A stretch of 32,000 bases of DNA from Coprobacillaceae bacterium (GCA_963675515.1 OY776328.1:1470001-1502000), one strand, 5' to 3'; positions 1 to 10,352 are shown, counted from the stretch's first letter. Program-made: numbers and translations. The notes: generated by a model not told the origin, from the letters alone.

Positions 1-669
1 GTTTTAGGTAATAAATGGAATGACATCATAAAAAGAATAGAACCAAATACAAATACCTTAGTTGTTAGCAATGCGGTCAAAATACCATCAGAAACAGCAA
101 AGTGGAATTTTGTTTCATTTCAAGTTGTATTTCTAGGTGTTCTTATCAAAAGAAAGGGCGTAGCTGATTTACTGCAGGCGATCAGTATTATTAAAAAAAA
201 TAACAATGTTGGAAATTTGAGATTTGTCATAGCGGGAACTGGAGAAGATGAATTAGAATTAAAGGAATTGGCTGTTTCCTTGGACATCAGTGAATGCGTT
301 GATTTTATTGGATGGATAGACGGTATCGAAAAAAAGGAATTATTAAAAGATAGCCAATTGATGGTTTTGCCTTCTTATAATGAAGGTTTGCCAATTGCGA
401 TTCTTGAAGCACTTAGCTATGGCTTGCCTATTATTGCATCGGATGTTGGGGATATTTCTTCAGCAGTTATTGACGGTAAAAACGGTTTTTTAATTGAGGC
501 GGGTAATTATGAAAAATTAGCAAGTAGTATAGTGAAGATTGCTATGGATCAGACAATGTTTGAAAAACAAAGCATTGTGTCTAGAAAATTGGCCACTAGT
601 AATTTTTCTGATGACAAATATCAAGATTTATTAGGATTGTGTTACCATAAATTTGGAGGGATAAATTAA
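1..669 (+). CDS. Glycosyltransferase family 1 (GT4-type), 5'-partial (continues upstream of window)
   Basis: Frame 1 is open from nt 1 (VLGNKWNDIIKRIEPN...), so the 217 start in the ORF track is an artefact of the window edge. Typical GT1 C-terminal region LPSYNEGLPIAILEALSYGLPIIASDVGDISSAVIDGKNGFL. The stop overlaps the next start (TAATG at 667-671). Confidence 0.85.
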   Translation, partial: VLGNKWNDIIKRIEPNTNTLVVSNAVKIPSETAKWNFVSFQVVFLGVLIKRKGVADLLQAISIIKKNNNVGNLRFVIAGTGEDELELKELAVSLDISECVDFIGWIDGIEKKELLKDSQLMVLPSYNEGLPIAILEALSYGLPIIASDVGDISSAVIDGKNGFLIEAGNYEKLASSIVKIAMDQTMFEKQSIVSRKLATSNFSDDKYQDLLGLCYHKFGGIN

Positions 670-1826
670 TGAAAAAAATTGGTTTAAGTGTGTGTTATGA
701 TACAAAAAACTTTGGGAGTCAACTTCAAGTATTAGCAACAGATATAAAGATAAAATCTTTAGGATTCGATACTGAGATAATTGTTTATAAAAAAAGGATT
801 TCACCTGTTTTTATATATCATTCTATACCGAGGTTATTTAATCCATATTTTATTAATGGGAAAATAACAAAAATTAAGAAAAAAAGAAAACTTTCAGCAA
901 ATCAAGATATCAAGCAGTTGATAGCAACAAGAAATGGGAGGTTTGATAAATTTGTGAATGAGACCTTCACCAATTTGTCGAAACCATACTATGGGTGGAG
1001 TGCTTTAAAAGAGGGTGCAAAATCCAATTATGATGCTTTTTTGTGCGGTAGTGACCAGCTGTGGTTGCCCAGTAATCTAGGTAGTCATTTCTATACTTTG
1101 GAATTTGCACCTGATAATAAACCTAAAATTGCTTATGCAACTAGCTTTGGGGTTGGACAAATTCCATGGTATCAAAAGGGGAAAACTAAATATTTTCTAA
1201 GTCGTTTTAGTTCACTTAGCAGTCGTGAAGTTCGCGGGTCAGAGTTAGTTAGAGAACTTGTTGGATTTGATATTCCAGTTGTATGTGACCCGACACTTTT
1301 GTTAAGTACGAGTGAGTGGGAGAAAGTAATTCCTAATAATGTTGTTATCGATGAAAAATACGTTTTTTGTTATTTTCTTGGTACTAACTCTGAGCATCGT
1401 GAATTAGCAAATGATTTGAAGAAGAAAACAGGATATAAAATTGTAACGATACCATTTTTGGATAATTTTGTTGATAGTGATCAACATTTTGGAGATTATA
1501 AACTATTCGATATTGATACATATGATTTTGTAAATCTAATTAGAAATGCGGAGTATGTACTTACAGACTCGTTCCATGGAAGCATATTTTCAATATTAAG
1601 TCATAAGAAATTCACAATTTTCAATAGATTTGAAGAGGGGAGTAAGAATTCGAGGAATTCGAGAATTGATAGTCTTTGCTCTATACTTGAGTTGAACAAT
1701 AGAAGGTTTAATTATAGCAATGAAATATTAGAGCAAATAAATGAAGATATTGATTATTGTAAAGTAGATAAATGTTTGAAAAATTTAAGGGATGAATCAA
1801 TTTCATATCTGAAGGGATCTCTATAA
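669..1826 (+). CDS. Polysaccharide pyruvyl transferase family protein (stand-alone version)
   Basis: 385 aa. CGSDQLWLP and TDSFHGSIFSI motifs are typical of the PS_pyruv_trans (CsaB/WcaK-like) family. Start overlaps the upstream stop. Confidence 0.8.
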   Translation: MKKIGLSVCYDTKNFGSQLQVLATDIKIKSLGFDTEIIVYKKRISPVFIYHSIPRLFNPYFINGKITKIKKKRKLSANQDIKQLIATRNGRFDKFVNETFTNLSKPYYGWSALKEGAKSNYDAFLCGSDQLWLPSNLGSHFYTLEFAPDNKPKIAYATSFGVGQIPWYQKGKTKYFLSRFSSLSSREVRGSELVRELVGFDIPVVCDPTLLLSTSEWEKVIPNNVVIDEKYVFCYFLGTNSEHRELANDLKKKTGYKIVTIPFLDNFVDSDQHFGDYKLFDIDTYDFVNLIRNAEYVLTDSFHGSIFSILSHKKFTIFNRFEEGSKNSRNSRIDSLCSILELNNRRFNYSNEILEQINEDIDYCKVDKCLKNLRDESISYLKGSL

Positions 1827-1860
1827 GATTGTTTATACAGTTTGTTTGAGCGGGTAAATT

Positions 1861-3087
1861 ATGATAAGTTGTGTAGAAAAGAACAAATGTTGCGGATGTA
1901 CAGCATGTGAAAGTATTTGTCCTAGGAATTGTATAAAAATGATTCCAGATGATGAGGGATTCTCATACCCGTCAGTAGATGAAACACTTTGTATTGAGTG
2001 TGGATTGTGTGAGTTAGTATGCCCAGTAACTTTAAAAAAAATGAATAAAGAACACAAAATTCGTTCTTTTGTAGTTAGAAGTGTAGATAAGAATACGGTA
2101 CTGAAAAGCACATCTGGGGGATTGTTTACACCACTAGCGAATTACTTTCTAGAAAATGAAGGAATTGTTTATGCTGCTTGTTTTGATGGTGATTTTTCTG
2201 TGGTACACAAAGCTTTGAATAAGAGCGATTTACGGGTTACCGATTTTAGTCGGTTTCGTGGGTCAAAATATGTACAAAGTTACATGGGTAGCAATTATGT
2301 GGATATTAGAAGTAATTTAGAATTAGGCTATGATGTTTGTTTTATTGGAACAACCTGCCAGGTAAGTGGACTAAAATCTTTCTTGCGTAAGGAATATGAT
2401 AACCTATTTACTGTTGATCTTGTCTGCCACGGGGTCCCATCGCCTAAGCTGTGGAAAAAATATTTAGATTATCAAAAGGAGAAATATTGTTCAGATATTG
2501 TAAACGTAAACTTTAGAAATAAAACATATGGATATCATAGTGGCACAATGAAAATTGAATTTGCTAATGGTAGAGTATATTACGGTAGTGCAAGAGTTGA
2601 TTATATGTTAAAGAGTTTTTTTATGGAGATTGCATCAAGGCCAATTTGTTATAACTGTCCATTTAAAGAGTTAGAAAGATGCAGCGATTTGACAATATAT
2701 GATTGCTGGCATCCTTCAAAGTTGGTAGCTGGGTTGAAGGATGATGATCTCGGTTATACTAATGTAATCACACAGACCGAAAAGGGATTTGATATGATAA
2801 ATAACCTGGAATTTGTCTGCGATATGTATGAGGTTGACACAGAGAGAGCAGTGGGGTTAGATGGAATAATGATAAGAAATTCAGCAGTTCCCCATCCCAA
2901 AAGGAATGAATTTTATAGAAATCTTGATAATGATACAATTGAAGAGCATATCAATAAATTTATTCCAATTTGCTGGAGTGACTATATTGTCGAAAAAGTT
3001 AAACTTCCATTATATAAACTGGGATTTATCCAATGGGTAAGAAAATTAAAAAAATTATTCAAATGCATTTTACAACATTTTAGATGA
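1861..3087 (+). CDS. 2x[4Fe-4S] ferredoxin domain fused to coenzyme F420 hydrogenase/dehydrogenase beta-subunit-like (FrhB/FdhB-like) domain
   Basis: N-terminus CCGCTACESICPRNC ... CIECGLCELVCP (two CxxCxxCxxxCP clusters), then STSGGLFTPLANYF, FIGTTCQVSGL and VDLVCHGVPS, typical of FrhB-like proteins that accompany pyruvyl transferases. Confidence 0.8.
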   Translation: MISCVEKNKCCGCTACESICPRNCIKMIPDDEGFSYPSVDETLCIECGLCELVCPVTLKKMNKEHKIRSFVVRSVDKNTVLKSTSGGLFTPLANYFLENEGIVYAACFDGDFSVVHKALNKSDLRVTDFSRFRGSKYVQSYMGSNYVDIRSNLELGYDVCFIGTTCQVSGLKSFLRKEYDNLFTVDLVCHGVPSPKLWKKYLDYQKEKYCSDIVNVNFRNKTYGYHSGTMKIEFANGRVYYGSARVDYMLKSFFMEIASRPICYNCPFKELERCSDLTIYDCWHPSKLVAGLKDDDLGYTNVITQTEKGFDMINNLEFVCDMYEVDTERAVGLDGIMIRNSAVPHPKRNEFYRNLDNDTIEEHINKFIPICWSDYIVEKVKLPLYKLGFIQWVRKLKKLFKCILQHFR

Positions 3088-3116
3088 TAGAATAGTTCTA
3101 TCATATTGTTTTGTTT
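3084..3116 (+). terminator. Weak AT-rich hairpin plus T-rich tail after the FrhB-like gene
   Basis: atgatagaa-tag-ttctatcat (perfect 9-bp stem, 3084-3104) followed by attgttttgttt. The stem has only 2 GC pairs and a 3-nt loop, so it is weak. Confidence 0.35.
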
Positions 3117-3444
3117 ATCTGATATGTGTATATTAATGGAATTTATATCGAGAAGAATTTTTCTTATAATTTGTATATTCTGAAGTTTGAATAAACTCAA
3201 AATTTACTTAATTGAGCGTCAAAAATGTTTTTCTAAATTTTGATGTGAGAAGATATCGAAATGTTTTTCGATTCCTAGATTTTGAAATAGCTAAAAATAT
3301 TGGAGATCAAATAATTAAATTCCGCATGTGTCTGGTGGCTAATTAAGAAAATTGATATGAATCTTCAAAATAATTGGCTTTTGCTTTGAATGATAGGACT
3401 GCAAATTATGTATGTACTTATCTCGATTGTTTTATAAGGAGAGG

Positions 3445-4356
3445 ATGTTTACACTGATGAATGGGCCAAATGAAAACTTAGTTACTGCTGTAATTATTAC
3501 ATACAAAAGACCTTTGCATATATTGGAACGAGCAATAAGAAGTGCCTTAAATCAAACACATTGTAATTTGGAAATAATTGTAGTTAATGATAATCCTGAT
3601 GATTTGCAGAGTGTTCGAGAAATTGGAAGTTTAATTGAATCAATGAAAGATAATCGACTTCGGTATATAGTACACGACAAAAATTTTGGTGCTTGTGTGG
3701 CTAGAAATACAGGGATAAAGGCTTCCAAAGGTGAATATGTTGCTTTACTTGACGACGATGATGAATGGTTGCCTGAAAAGATAGAGAGTCAACTACTTGG
3801 TTTTGTGTCTAATAAAGTTGGTCTAGTTTATAGCCCATTTTATAATATTTCGGATAAATTGCCAGGTGAAATTACTGTTCGGGGTACTAAATCCGGAGAT
3901 CTTTTACACGAATTATTATGGACAAATTGCCTTGGTGGTTCATCAATGACACTTATGAAACGCGATGTCTTTGATGTTTGTGGATTTTTTGATGATGAAC
4001 TGCTTTCTTCACAAGACTATGATATGTGGATAAGAATAGCGAAAAAGTATGAAATAAACTGTATAAACATTCCTCTAACTAGAAGATTTCTACTTGAGGA
4101 GTCCATTACTAAAAACTTCCAAAAACAAAAACAGGGATTTAATTTATTATCAAAAAAACATATCAATTTGTATGAAGCATTTCCTGCAGCTTATAATTAC
4201 CGTTTGAACCGAAGAGCGAATAAATGGATAGAACAAGGGCATTTTAAATCCGCTTTAGATGTATATCTTATAGCCTTGAAGATAAAACCTTTCTCAAGTT
4301 ATAATTTTTTAGAGCCTGTAAAGGGAGTGGTGAAATTTGTTATTAAAAGATATTAG
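3445..4356 (+). CDS. Glycosyltransferase family 2
   Basis: VTAVIITYKRP..., NQTHCNLEIIVVNDN and ALLDDDDEW (DxD region) are typical GT2. The ORF opens at 3412, but AAGGAGAGG at about 3435-3443 favours a start at 3445 or 3457. The start is uncertain. Confidence 0.85.
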   Translation: MFTLMNGPNENLVTAVIITYKRPLHILERAIRSALNQTHCNLEIIVVNDNPDDLQSVREIGSLIESMKDNRLRYIVHDKNFGACVARNTGIKASKGEYVALLDDDDEWLPEKIESQLLGFVSNKVGLVYSPFYNISDKLPGEITVRGTKSGDLLHELLWTNCLGGSSMTLMKRDVFDVCGFFDDELLSSQDYDMWIRIAKKYEINCINIPLTRRFLLEESITKNFQKQKQGFNLLSKKHINLYEAFPAAYNYRLNRRANKWIEQGHFKSALDVYLIALKIKPFSSYNFLEPVKGVVKFVIKRY

Positions 4357-5533
4357 TGTCGTTAAACTTAAAATTAAAAAAAGTTACATAGAGGATGCCA
4401 CAATTTGTGGGCTAATAATTGCAACATTAGCTTTTCATGATCAAACAAAATTCATGGTTTTCTTTCAAATTTCAGCATTTCTACTTGAGTTATGGAAGCA
4501 TAGGTTAAAAATTCCATTGATGATAATAATGAGAAATTATATTTTTTGGGAAATGACATTTGTTTTATTAGGTATATCTAGTTTGCTATGGGCCCCCAAC
4601 AACGATACTATTATCAGTTGTGCAGTTTCAATATTACAAGTAACGATGTGTGGTATGACGCTTATATTGTATTGTGATTCGAGGGGGAAATGGCATAAGG
4701 CCATAAATTTCATAATTGTCGCAGCACTAATTTTGATAGTACGGCTTCTGGTTGCTGTACCTATGAGTGCTTGGGGGAATGGTGAAAGAGTTGGTCAGTA
4801 TTTAGGTACTGGTAATTCTGGAGGCTATGGAAATACTGGTCTAACCTATGTTTTAAGCATCGGAGCTATTTTTGTATTGCACAAGGGTATTGATGGTAAA
4901 AATAATTTATACTCAATATTATTCGTAATAATTACGGTATTTTCTTTTCTTTCAGGGTCTAAGAAAGCAATGGTATTATTTGCGATTACTGTTTTTATGA
5001 CATCAATTTTAAATAGTAAAAACTTGCTTAATTTGTTAAAATCATTGATTATTTCCGCAATAGTAATATTATTGGGCTGGTACCTATTAACTAATAATGC
5101 TATTTTATATAACAGTATTGGTATTAGATTCGAATACTTTATCAATTTTTTTATTGGCAAAGATACTGATGCTTCTACATTGACACGTGTGGATTATATT
5201 TATTCTTCTCTTGAAATATTTAAAGAGTATCCGATTTTAGGAGTTGGCTTGGACGGATTTAGGTATTTTAATAGCCGGTTGTGTTGGGCCGAAAATAACT
5301 TTCTTGAAATACTGGCTGATTTGGGTATTATCGGGATAATTGTTTATTACTCATTTCCTATTTCAATAATGTTAAAATCATTAAAATATCGATTATTAGG
5401 AATTAAGGGATCTTCGCTTTTACTGGTATTATTAGGATGCTTGTTTTTTGTTGATATGACTATGGTTACTTATTCAAATGATTTTTTGCAAATGTATTGG
5501 GTCTTGGGATTCTTATCAATATATGTTAAGTAA
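4337..5533 (+). CDS. wzy: Polytopic membrane protein, O-antigen/EPS polymerase (Wzy/O-antigen ligase-like)
   Basis: 398 aa with about 10 or more hydrophobic segments, an extracytoplasmic-looking loop, and a position inside a Wzx/Wzy locus. TTG start 9 nt after AAGGGAG, overlapping the GT2 stop. The family call rests on architecture, not a sharp motif. Confidence 0.6.
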   Translation: MLLKDISVVKLKIKKSYIEDATICGLIIATLAFHDQTKFMVFFQISAFLLELWKHRLKIPLMIIMRNYIFWEMTFVLLGISSLLWAPNNDTIISCAVSILQVTMCGMTLILYCDSRGKWHKAINFIIVAALILIVRLLVAVPMSAWGNGERVGQYLGTGNSGGYGNTGLTYVLSIGAIFVLHKGIDGKNNLYSILFVIITVFSFLSGSKKAMVLFAITVFMTSILNSKNLLNLLKSLIISAIVILLGWYLLTNNAILYNSIGIRFEYFINFFIGKDTDASTLTRVDYIYSSLEIFKEYPILGVGLDGFRYFNSRLCWAENNFLEILADLGIIGIIVYYSFPISIMLKSLKYRLLGIKGSSLLLVLLGCLFFVDMTMVTYSNDFLQMYWVLGFLSIYVK

Positions 5534-5612
5534 CTATTATATATTGTTGATACTTTTGCTAATTTTGTTTTTTAGATTCTCATTAACCATAAGATATGGC
5601 TTGTACTAAATT

Positions 5613-6260
5613 TTGCTTCTTATTCGTAAATGCAGAGTTTTGATGGCCCAGAGCAACTCGGAAAAGTTCCTATACAGCTTATTTTATGAAGCTGACGCCT
5701 CATATATTGGTTCAGTATCTGAAGGTAAGGTTGGTAGATCCAGTGATAAGCAACCATTCCTAATCGTGCTATCAACTGATCAAGAAAACAAATATCCCAG
5801 GTTCGTAAAGTTGCGGCTAATCAAAACAGACAGCAAGAACGTCATGACCAGCAACATCAAAAAGTGCTGTGTTTTGGGCAAAGACCGTACACTAAATACC
5901 GATGGTACAAATACAACTGCAAGAGGTTAAAAAGTTGTACGCGGCAAAGACCGTACACTAAATACCGATGGTACAAATACCTGTAATGGTTTGAAAAAAC
6001 ACATAATCGTAAAGAATGAAAAAGTTGACTACAAGGAAAAGGGCCATCGATTAAAATGGATAAACATCGTCATTGGCAACATCCAGAATAACATCGTTGA
6101 AATATACCACGGAGTTCAAAAACGCGATTTGCCACTATTTTTAAACGAACAAGAATGGCGTTATAATCACAGATCTTCAGGAAACAGCATAATAGATAAA
6201 GTAAAACGATACATAAGAGAATCGACACCAGTAACCAAAAAGCAAATATCCAGCTTTTAG
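5613..6260 (+). pseudogene. IS1595-family (ISXO2-like DDE) transposase remnant, N-terminally truncated and interrupted by an in-frame stop
   Basis: Two same-frame ORF pieces (5613-5930, 5991-6260). ...DASYIGSVSEGKVGRSSDKQPFLIVLS..., ...LNTDGTNT... and ...WINIVIGNIQNNIVEIYHGVQKRDLPLFLNEQEWRYNHR resemble DDE_Tnp_IS1595. Only about 200 aa remain and the N-terminal Zn-ribbon part is missing. Confidence 0.65.
5877..5980. repeat. 38-bp perfect direct repeat (period 66 bp) inside the IS1595 remnant
   Basis: ggcaaagaccgtacactaaataccgatggtacaaatac occurs at 5877-5914 and again at 5943-5980. The 28-bp spacer carries the in-frame TAA at 5928-5930. Confidence 0.9.
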
Positions 6261-6336
6261 TTTTATCCGAACCTTATTTTGCAAGTACCTGAAGCATGTG
6301 GTCATTCAAATTAATTGTTAAAAGGAGAAATATATT

Positions 6337-8832
6337 TTGAAAAATAAGAGATATTATTTAATATTTGGAGCTCAAATGGTTAATAAAGGTGCTCAGGCTA
6401 TGCTATTTGTGACTGTCTCTGAAATTAGAAAACGTGACCCACAAGCCAAAATTATTGTATTCGTATATGATAAATGGAAGTCAGAAGAGAATCCAGACTT
6501 ATACAATTTAAAGTTTGTTCCAATTACAATGAAGCACATAATGAATTTGTCAAATACTTTGTTTTCAAATGCGTATGTGCTAGGGAAACGAGCGAAAATC
6601 AAGAAAAATTCCATCAAATTGAGAATGATAGAATATATTTTGAGAAACGCCGAAATGGCATTTGATATCAGTGGATATGCTCTATCAAACCAATGGGGGC
6701 TAAGTGCTTCATTATTTTACTTGAGTAAATTTGCTTTGTTGCAACAGTATGGCATTCCAACATACGTCATGCCACAATCTTTTGGACCATTTGATTATCA
6801 TGATAATATTAAAAATGCGATTATGCGTACATATATAAAACGATATTTAAGTTATCCTCAAATTGTTTTTGCAAGGGAAAAAGAAGGGTTTGATTGCCTT
6901 ACCAAAGAAATGGGTTTATCCAATGTAACTTTATCAAGCGATTTGGTTTTGCAAAACACAGAAATCAAAGTATCTGATATTTATAAAAATAAGATCATAT
7001 TCAAGAAAATTGAAATAGAAAATGGAAATAATGTCGCGATTATTCCAAATGCTAGTAACTATAGATATGGCGACAAAGCACAATTGTTAGCCTTATACAA
7101 AAAAATTATTAAACAATTGAATGATCTGGAAAAAAATGTATATTTGATTGCCCATTCAGCACAAGATACAGTTGTTTGTAAAGATATTATTGATTATTGT
7201 GGAAAAGAATATAAGATTCATTTTATTGAGGAAGATCTAAATTGTATTGAATATGGAATGTTTATTCGTAAATTTGACTATATCATCGCCTCGAGGTTTC
7301 ATTCTATTGTACATGCATTTAAAGAACATATTCCCTGTATTGCTTTGGGATGGGCAATTAAATACGAACAATTGCTCGGTCTATTGGATCAAGAAGGATT
7401 TAATTTTGACGTGAGGAAATTAACTAACTCTGAAGATGTTTCCAAGGCAGTTGATATTATGGAAAACACTTTTGTTAGTCAAGCCAAAGTTATTGCGAAT
7501 CGTCTTTTTGACATTCAAAAAAATTCATGTTTCAATTTCTTGGATGATGTTATTCAATCAAAAGATAGAACTTGTAATGTTTCTGGCGTTGTTGGCGATG
7601 GGTTATGTGTTAGTTGCGGTATCTGTGAGGTGGTTTGTCCCAAAAATTGCATAACTTATACCAAATTAGATGGTATCTATATGCCAAAGATTGATGAAGA
7701 TGAGTGTATTAATTGCGGTAAATGTATTAAACTTTGCCCTGGCCGAGGATTTGATTATTTAAAGCATTGGGGAGACAAAATTCCATTAGACAATAAACTA
7801 GCTGGAAATAGTTTATCTGCGTACAGTGCAAGAGCGAAGTCAGACAAAATTCTGCAAGAAAGTACAAGTGGGGGATGTGTTACTCAAATAGTTGATTATA
7901 TGCTGAAAAACAATACATTCGATGTTGCTTTTTGTGTAAAAACACACACCTATGATTCTCTTGTTCAAACAGAATTAGTAAATTCACCTGATGAGTTAAT
8001 TAATACTGCAAAGTCCAGATATCTACCAATTTCTCACAAAAACGCAATAGATTATATTATCAATAATCCCTATAAAAAAACTATTTTTATTGGTACAAGT
8101 TGCTGTGTACATGGATTGTTGAATGTTATTAATGAGTATAATCTTGATAGGAATAATTATTTGATCTTGGGGTTGTTTTGTGATAGAACACTAAGTTACA
8201 ACATTTGGGATTATTATAATAAAAGGTATTCTGATGGAAAATTGTCTTCATTGTATTTTAGGGATAAAAGCGACAAAGGTTGGCCAGGCAATGTAGTATG
8301 CGTATCAGATAGTAGAGCAATTAACTTATCTTCTAAAACAAGAACAGAAATTAAGGATTATTTTCAACTTCCTAGTTGTATGTACTGTTATGATAAATTA
8401 AATCAATTTGCTGATATTTCATTTGGAGATGATTATGCGAATCGGGATTTAGCTAAAAATACTAATGGATTAAGTAGTGTTGTTATTAGAACAGAACTTG
8501 GAAGAGATGTTTGGGAATCTGTTTCAAACTTAATTGTATCTGATGTTGAAGATTTTGATAATATTATCAGAAGTCAACATCTTCATTTAAGAGCAAATAA
8601 CCACACATATGAGTTATTACATGCTTCTGTGTTTGGCGCTAATAACGGCTTTTATGGCACTGCTCATAGCATTGATGCTGTTGTTAATTATGATAGAAAA
8701 ATGAGTATGATAAATTTAGGTTCCAAAAACAAGTGGGATGATATAATGGAAGATATTAGACGTAGAAATAAATATCTAATATTTACCCGTATTAAAAGAA
8801 AAATTGTTAAGGTAATTAGGAGATATTATTGA
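6337..8832 (+). CDS. Fusion protein: polysaccharide pyruvyl transferase domain + 2x[4Fe-4S] ferredoxin + FrhB/FdhB-like domain
   Basis: 831 aa. The N-terminal half carries SRFHSIVHAFKEHIPCIALGWAIKYEQL (pyruvyl-transferase signature). The C-terminal half carries CVSCGICEVVCPKNC ... CINCGKCIKLCPG, STSGGCVTQIVDYM and FIGTSCCVHGL, paralogous to ORF 1861-3087. TTG start 9 nt after AAAGGAG. The stop overlaps the next start (ATGA 8829-8832). Confidence 0.8.
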   Translation: MKNKRYYLIFGAQMVNKGAQAMLFVTVSEIRKRDPQAKIIVFVYDKWKSEENPDLYNLKFVPITMKHIMNLSNTLFSNAYVLGKRAKIKKNSIKLRMIEYILRNAEMAFDISGYALSNQWGLSASLFYLSKFALLQQYGIPTYVMPQSFGPFDYHDNIKNAIMRTYIKRYLSYPQIVFAREKEGFDCLTKEMGLSNVTLSSDLVLQNTEIKVSDIYKNKIIFKKIEIENGNNVAIIPNASNYRYGDKAQLLALYKKIIKQLNDLEKNVYLIAHSAQDTVVCKDIIDYCGKEYKIHFIEEDLNCIEYGMFIRKFDYIIASRFHSIVHAFKEHIPCIALGWAIKYEQLLGLLDQEGFNFDVRKLTNSEDVSKAVDIMENTFVSQAKVIANRLFDIQKNSCFNFLDDVIQSKDRTCNVSGVVGDGLCVSCGICEVVCPKNCITYTKLDGIYMPKIDEDECINCGKCIKLCPGRGFDYLKHWGDKIPLDNKLAGNSLSAYSARAKSDKILQESTSGGCVTQIVDYMLKNNTFDVAFCVKTHTYDSLVQTELVNSPDELINTAKSRYLPISHKNAIDYIINNPYKKTIFIGTSCCVHGLLNVINEYNLDRNNYLILGLFCDRTLSYNIWDYYNKRYSDGKLSSLYFRDKSDKGWPGNVVCVSDSRAINLSSKTRTEIKDYFQLPSCMYCYDKLNQFADISFGDDYANRDLAKNTNGLSSVVIRTELGRDVWESVSNLIVSDVEDFDNIIRSQHLHLRANNHTYELLHASVFGANNGFYGTAHSIDAVVNYDRKMSMINLGSKNKWDDIMEDIRRRNKYLIFTRIKRKIVKVIRRYY

Positions 8833-10352
8833 TGATTAAGTCCCGTGCGCAAAAGAGCTTTATGAATATAGGAGTAATGAGCATTTATCAAGTCGTAGTT
8901 CTGATATGCGGATTAATTACCCCGCGGTATATTTTGGCCGCATTCGGATCATCATATAATGGTATTACTGCCTCAATAGTACAATTTCTTAGTTTTATTA
9001 CAATTTTACGTGCCGGTGTTGCTGGGTCCTCGAGAGTTGCTTTATATAAAACACTGGCAAAAAACGATGGCTTTGCAACTAGTAGGATTTTAAAGTCAAC
9101 AGAAGTCTATTTGCGTAAAATAGCGTTAGGATTTTTATTATATCTAATAATCTTAGCAATATTTTATAAAACGATTTCAGGCACCATTATACCTTGGATT
9201 GAGTGTGCTTCTCTTGTAATTATAATCGGTTTTGGTACTTTTGCTCAATATTATTTTGGACTTGCATACCAAACTTTATTAGCGGCAGATCAAAAAAATT
9301 ATATTTATTATATTCAACAAATTATAGTAACAATTCTTAATACATTGGTAGCTGTCATACTAATAAGGTCAGGAGCTTCTATCCAAATTGTTAAGTTTGG
9401 CAGTGCAATTATTTTTGTTGCTAATCCAATTTTGCTAAATTTGTATGTTTCTAAACGATATAAAATTATAAAGGATTGTGAACCAGATAACTCTGCGCTT
9501 AGGCAGAAAAAAGATGTAATGGGGTTAGCTATCGCAAACATCGTACATGAAAACACGGATATTGCAATTCTTACTGTCTTTATGGATATTAAAGTAGTGT
9601 CAGTATATTCGGTTTATAATTTGGTTATAGGAGGTCTAAAAAAGGTTCTTTCTGTATTTACAACAGGCTTAGAAGCTGCTTTTGGAAATATGTTAGCTAA
9701 TAATGAAACAGGATTAATAAGACGGAACTTTGGGATATTTGAGTTAATTATATATTCATTTGTATCTGTGGTTTTTTCTTGCACGATTGTGCTAATCTTA
9801 CCTTTTGTGTCCATATACACCAAAGGGATAACTGATATAAATTATATTCATCCTCTTTATGCAATAGTAGCTGTGATTGCACAAGCTTTTTTTTGTATGC
9901 GAATACCATATATGACACTTGTACAGGCTGCTGGCCATTATAAGGAAACTAGAAATGGTTCTTTTATTGAAGCAGGACTAAACTTAACTTTATCTTTAGT
10001 ATTTGTTAAATTGTATGGGATTTTGGGAGTTGCCATAGGTACTTTAGCAGCGGATATCTTTAGAACATTGCAATATGCAAAATATTGCTGTGACCACTTG
10101 GTGGAACTGGCATATATAAGTGTTATAAAAAGATTTATTTGGACGCTTTTTAATGTTTTTACTACCGTATATTTTTATTCATTATTCAAAGTATCCGCAA
10201 TTGAGTCTTGGGATAAATGGGTATTTACAGCTGTAACAATTTTTATCTTTTCAGTCATTATTACGTTTATTTCAGCTTTGGTTTTTTATAAAGATGATTT
10301 ATTTGCTGCGAATGGGATAGTTAAAAGAACATTTAACAAAAAATATCTATAA
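8829..10352 (+). CDS. wzx: Polysaccharide/oligosaccharide flippase, MOP superfamily (Wzx-like)
   Basis: 507 aa, about 12-14 hydrophobic helices, Polysacc_synt-like organisation, translationally coupled to the upstream gene inside the polysaccharide locus. Confidence 0.7.
   Translation: MMIKSRAQKSFMNIGVMSIYQVVVLICGLITPRYILAAFGSSYNGITASIVQFLSFITILRAGVAGSSRVALYKTLAKNDGFATSRILKSTEVYLRKIALGFLLYLIILAIFYKTISGTIIPWIECASLVIIIGFGTFAQYYFGLAYQTLLAADQKNYIYYIQQIIVTILNTLVAVILIRSGASIQIVKFGSAIIFVANPILLNLYVSKRYKIIKDCEPDNSALRQKKDVMGLAIANIVHENTDIAILTVFMDIKVVSVYSVYNLVIGGLKKVLSVFTTGLEAAFGNMLANNETGLIRRNFGIFELIIYSFVSVVFSCTIVLILPFVSIYTKGITDINYIHPLYAIVAVIAQAFFCMRIPYMTLVQAAGHYKETRNGSFIEAGLNLTLSLVFVKLYGILGVAIGTLAADIFRTLQYAKYCCDHLVELAYISVIKRFIWTLFNVFTTVYFYSLFKVSAIESWDKWVFTAVTIFIFSVIITFISALVFYKDDLFAANGIVKRTFNKKYL

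Noticed and set aside
1833-2111. 92-aa minus-strand ORF opposite the start of the FrhB-like gene
   Set aside because: It is entirely antisense to a well-supported CDS, has low-complexity composition and no SD. It is a shadow ORF.
4846-5160. 104-aa minus-strand ORF inside the Wzy-like gene
   Set aside because: It is antisense to a membrane-protein gene in AT-rich DNA. No motif or start context supports it.
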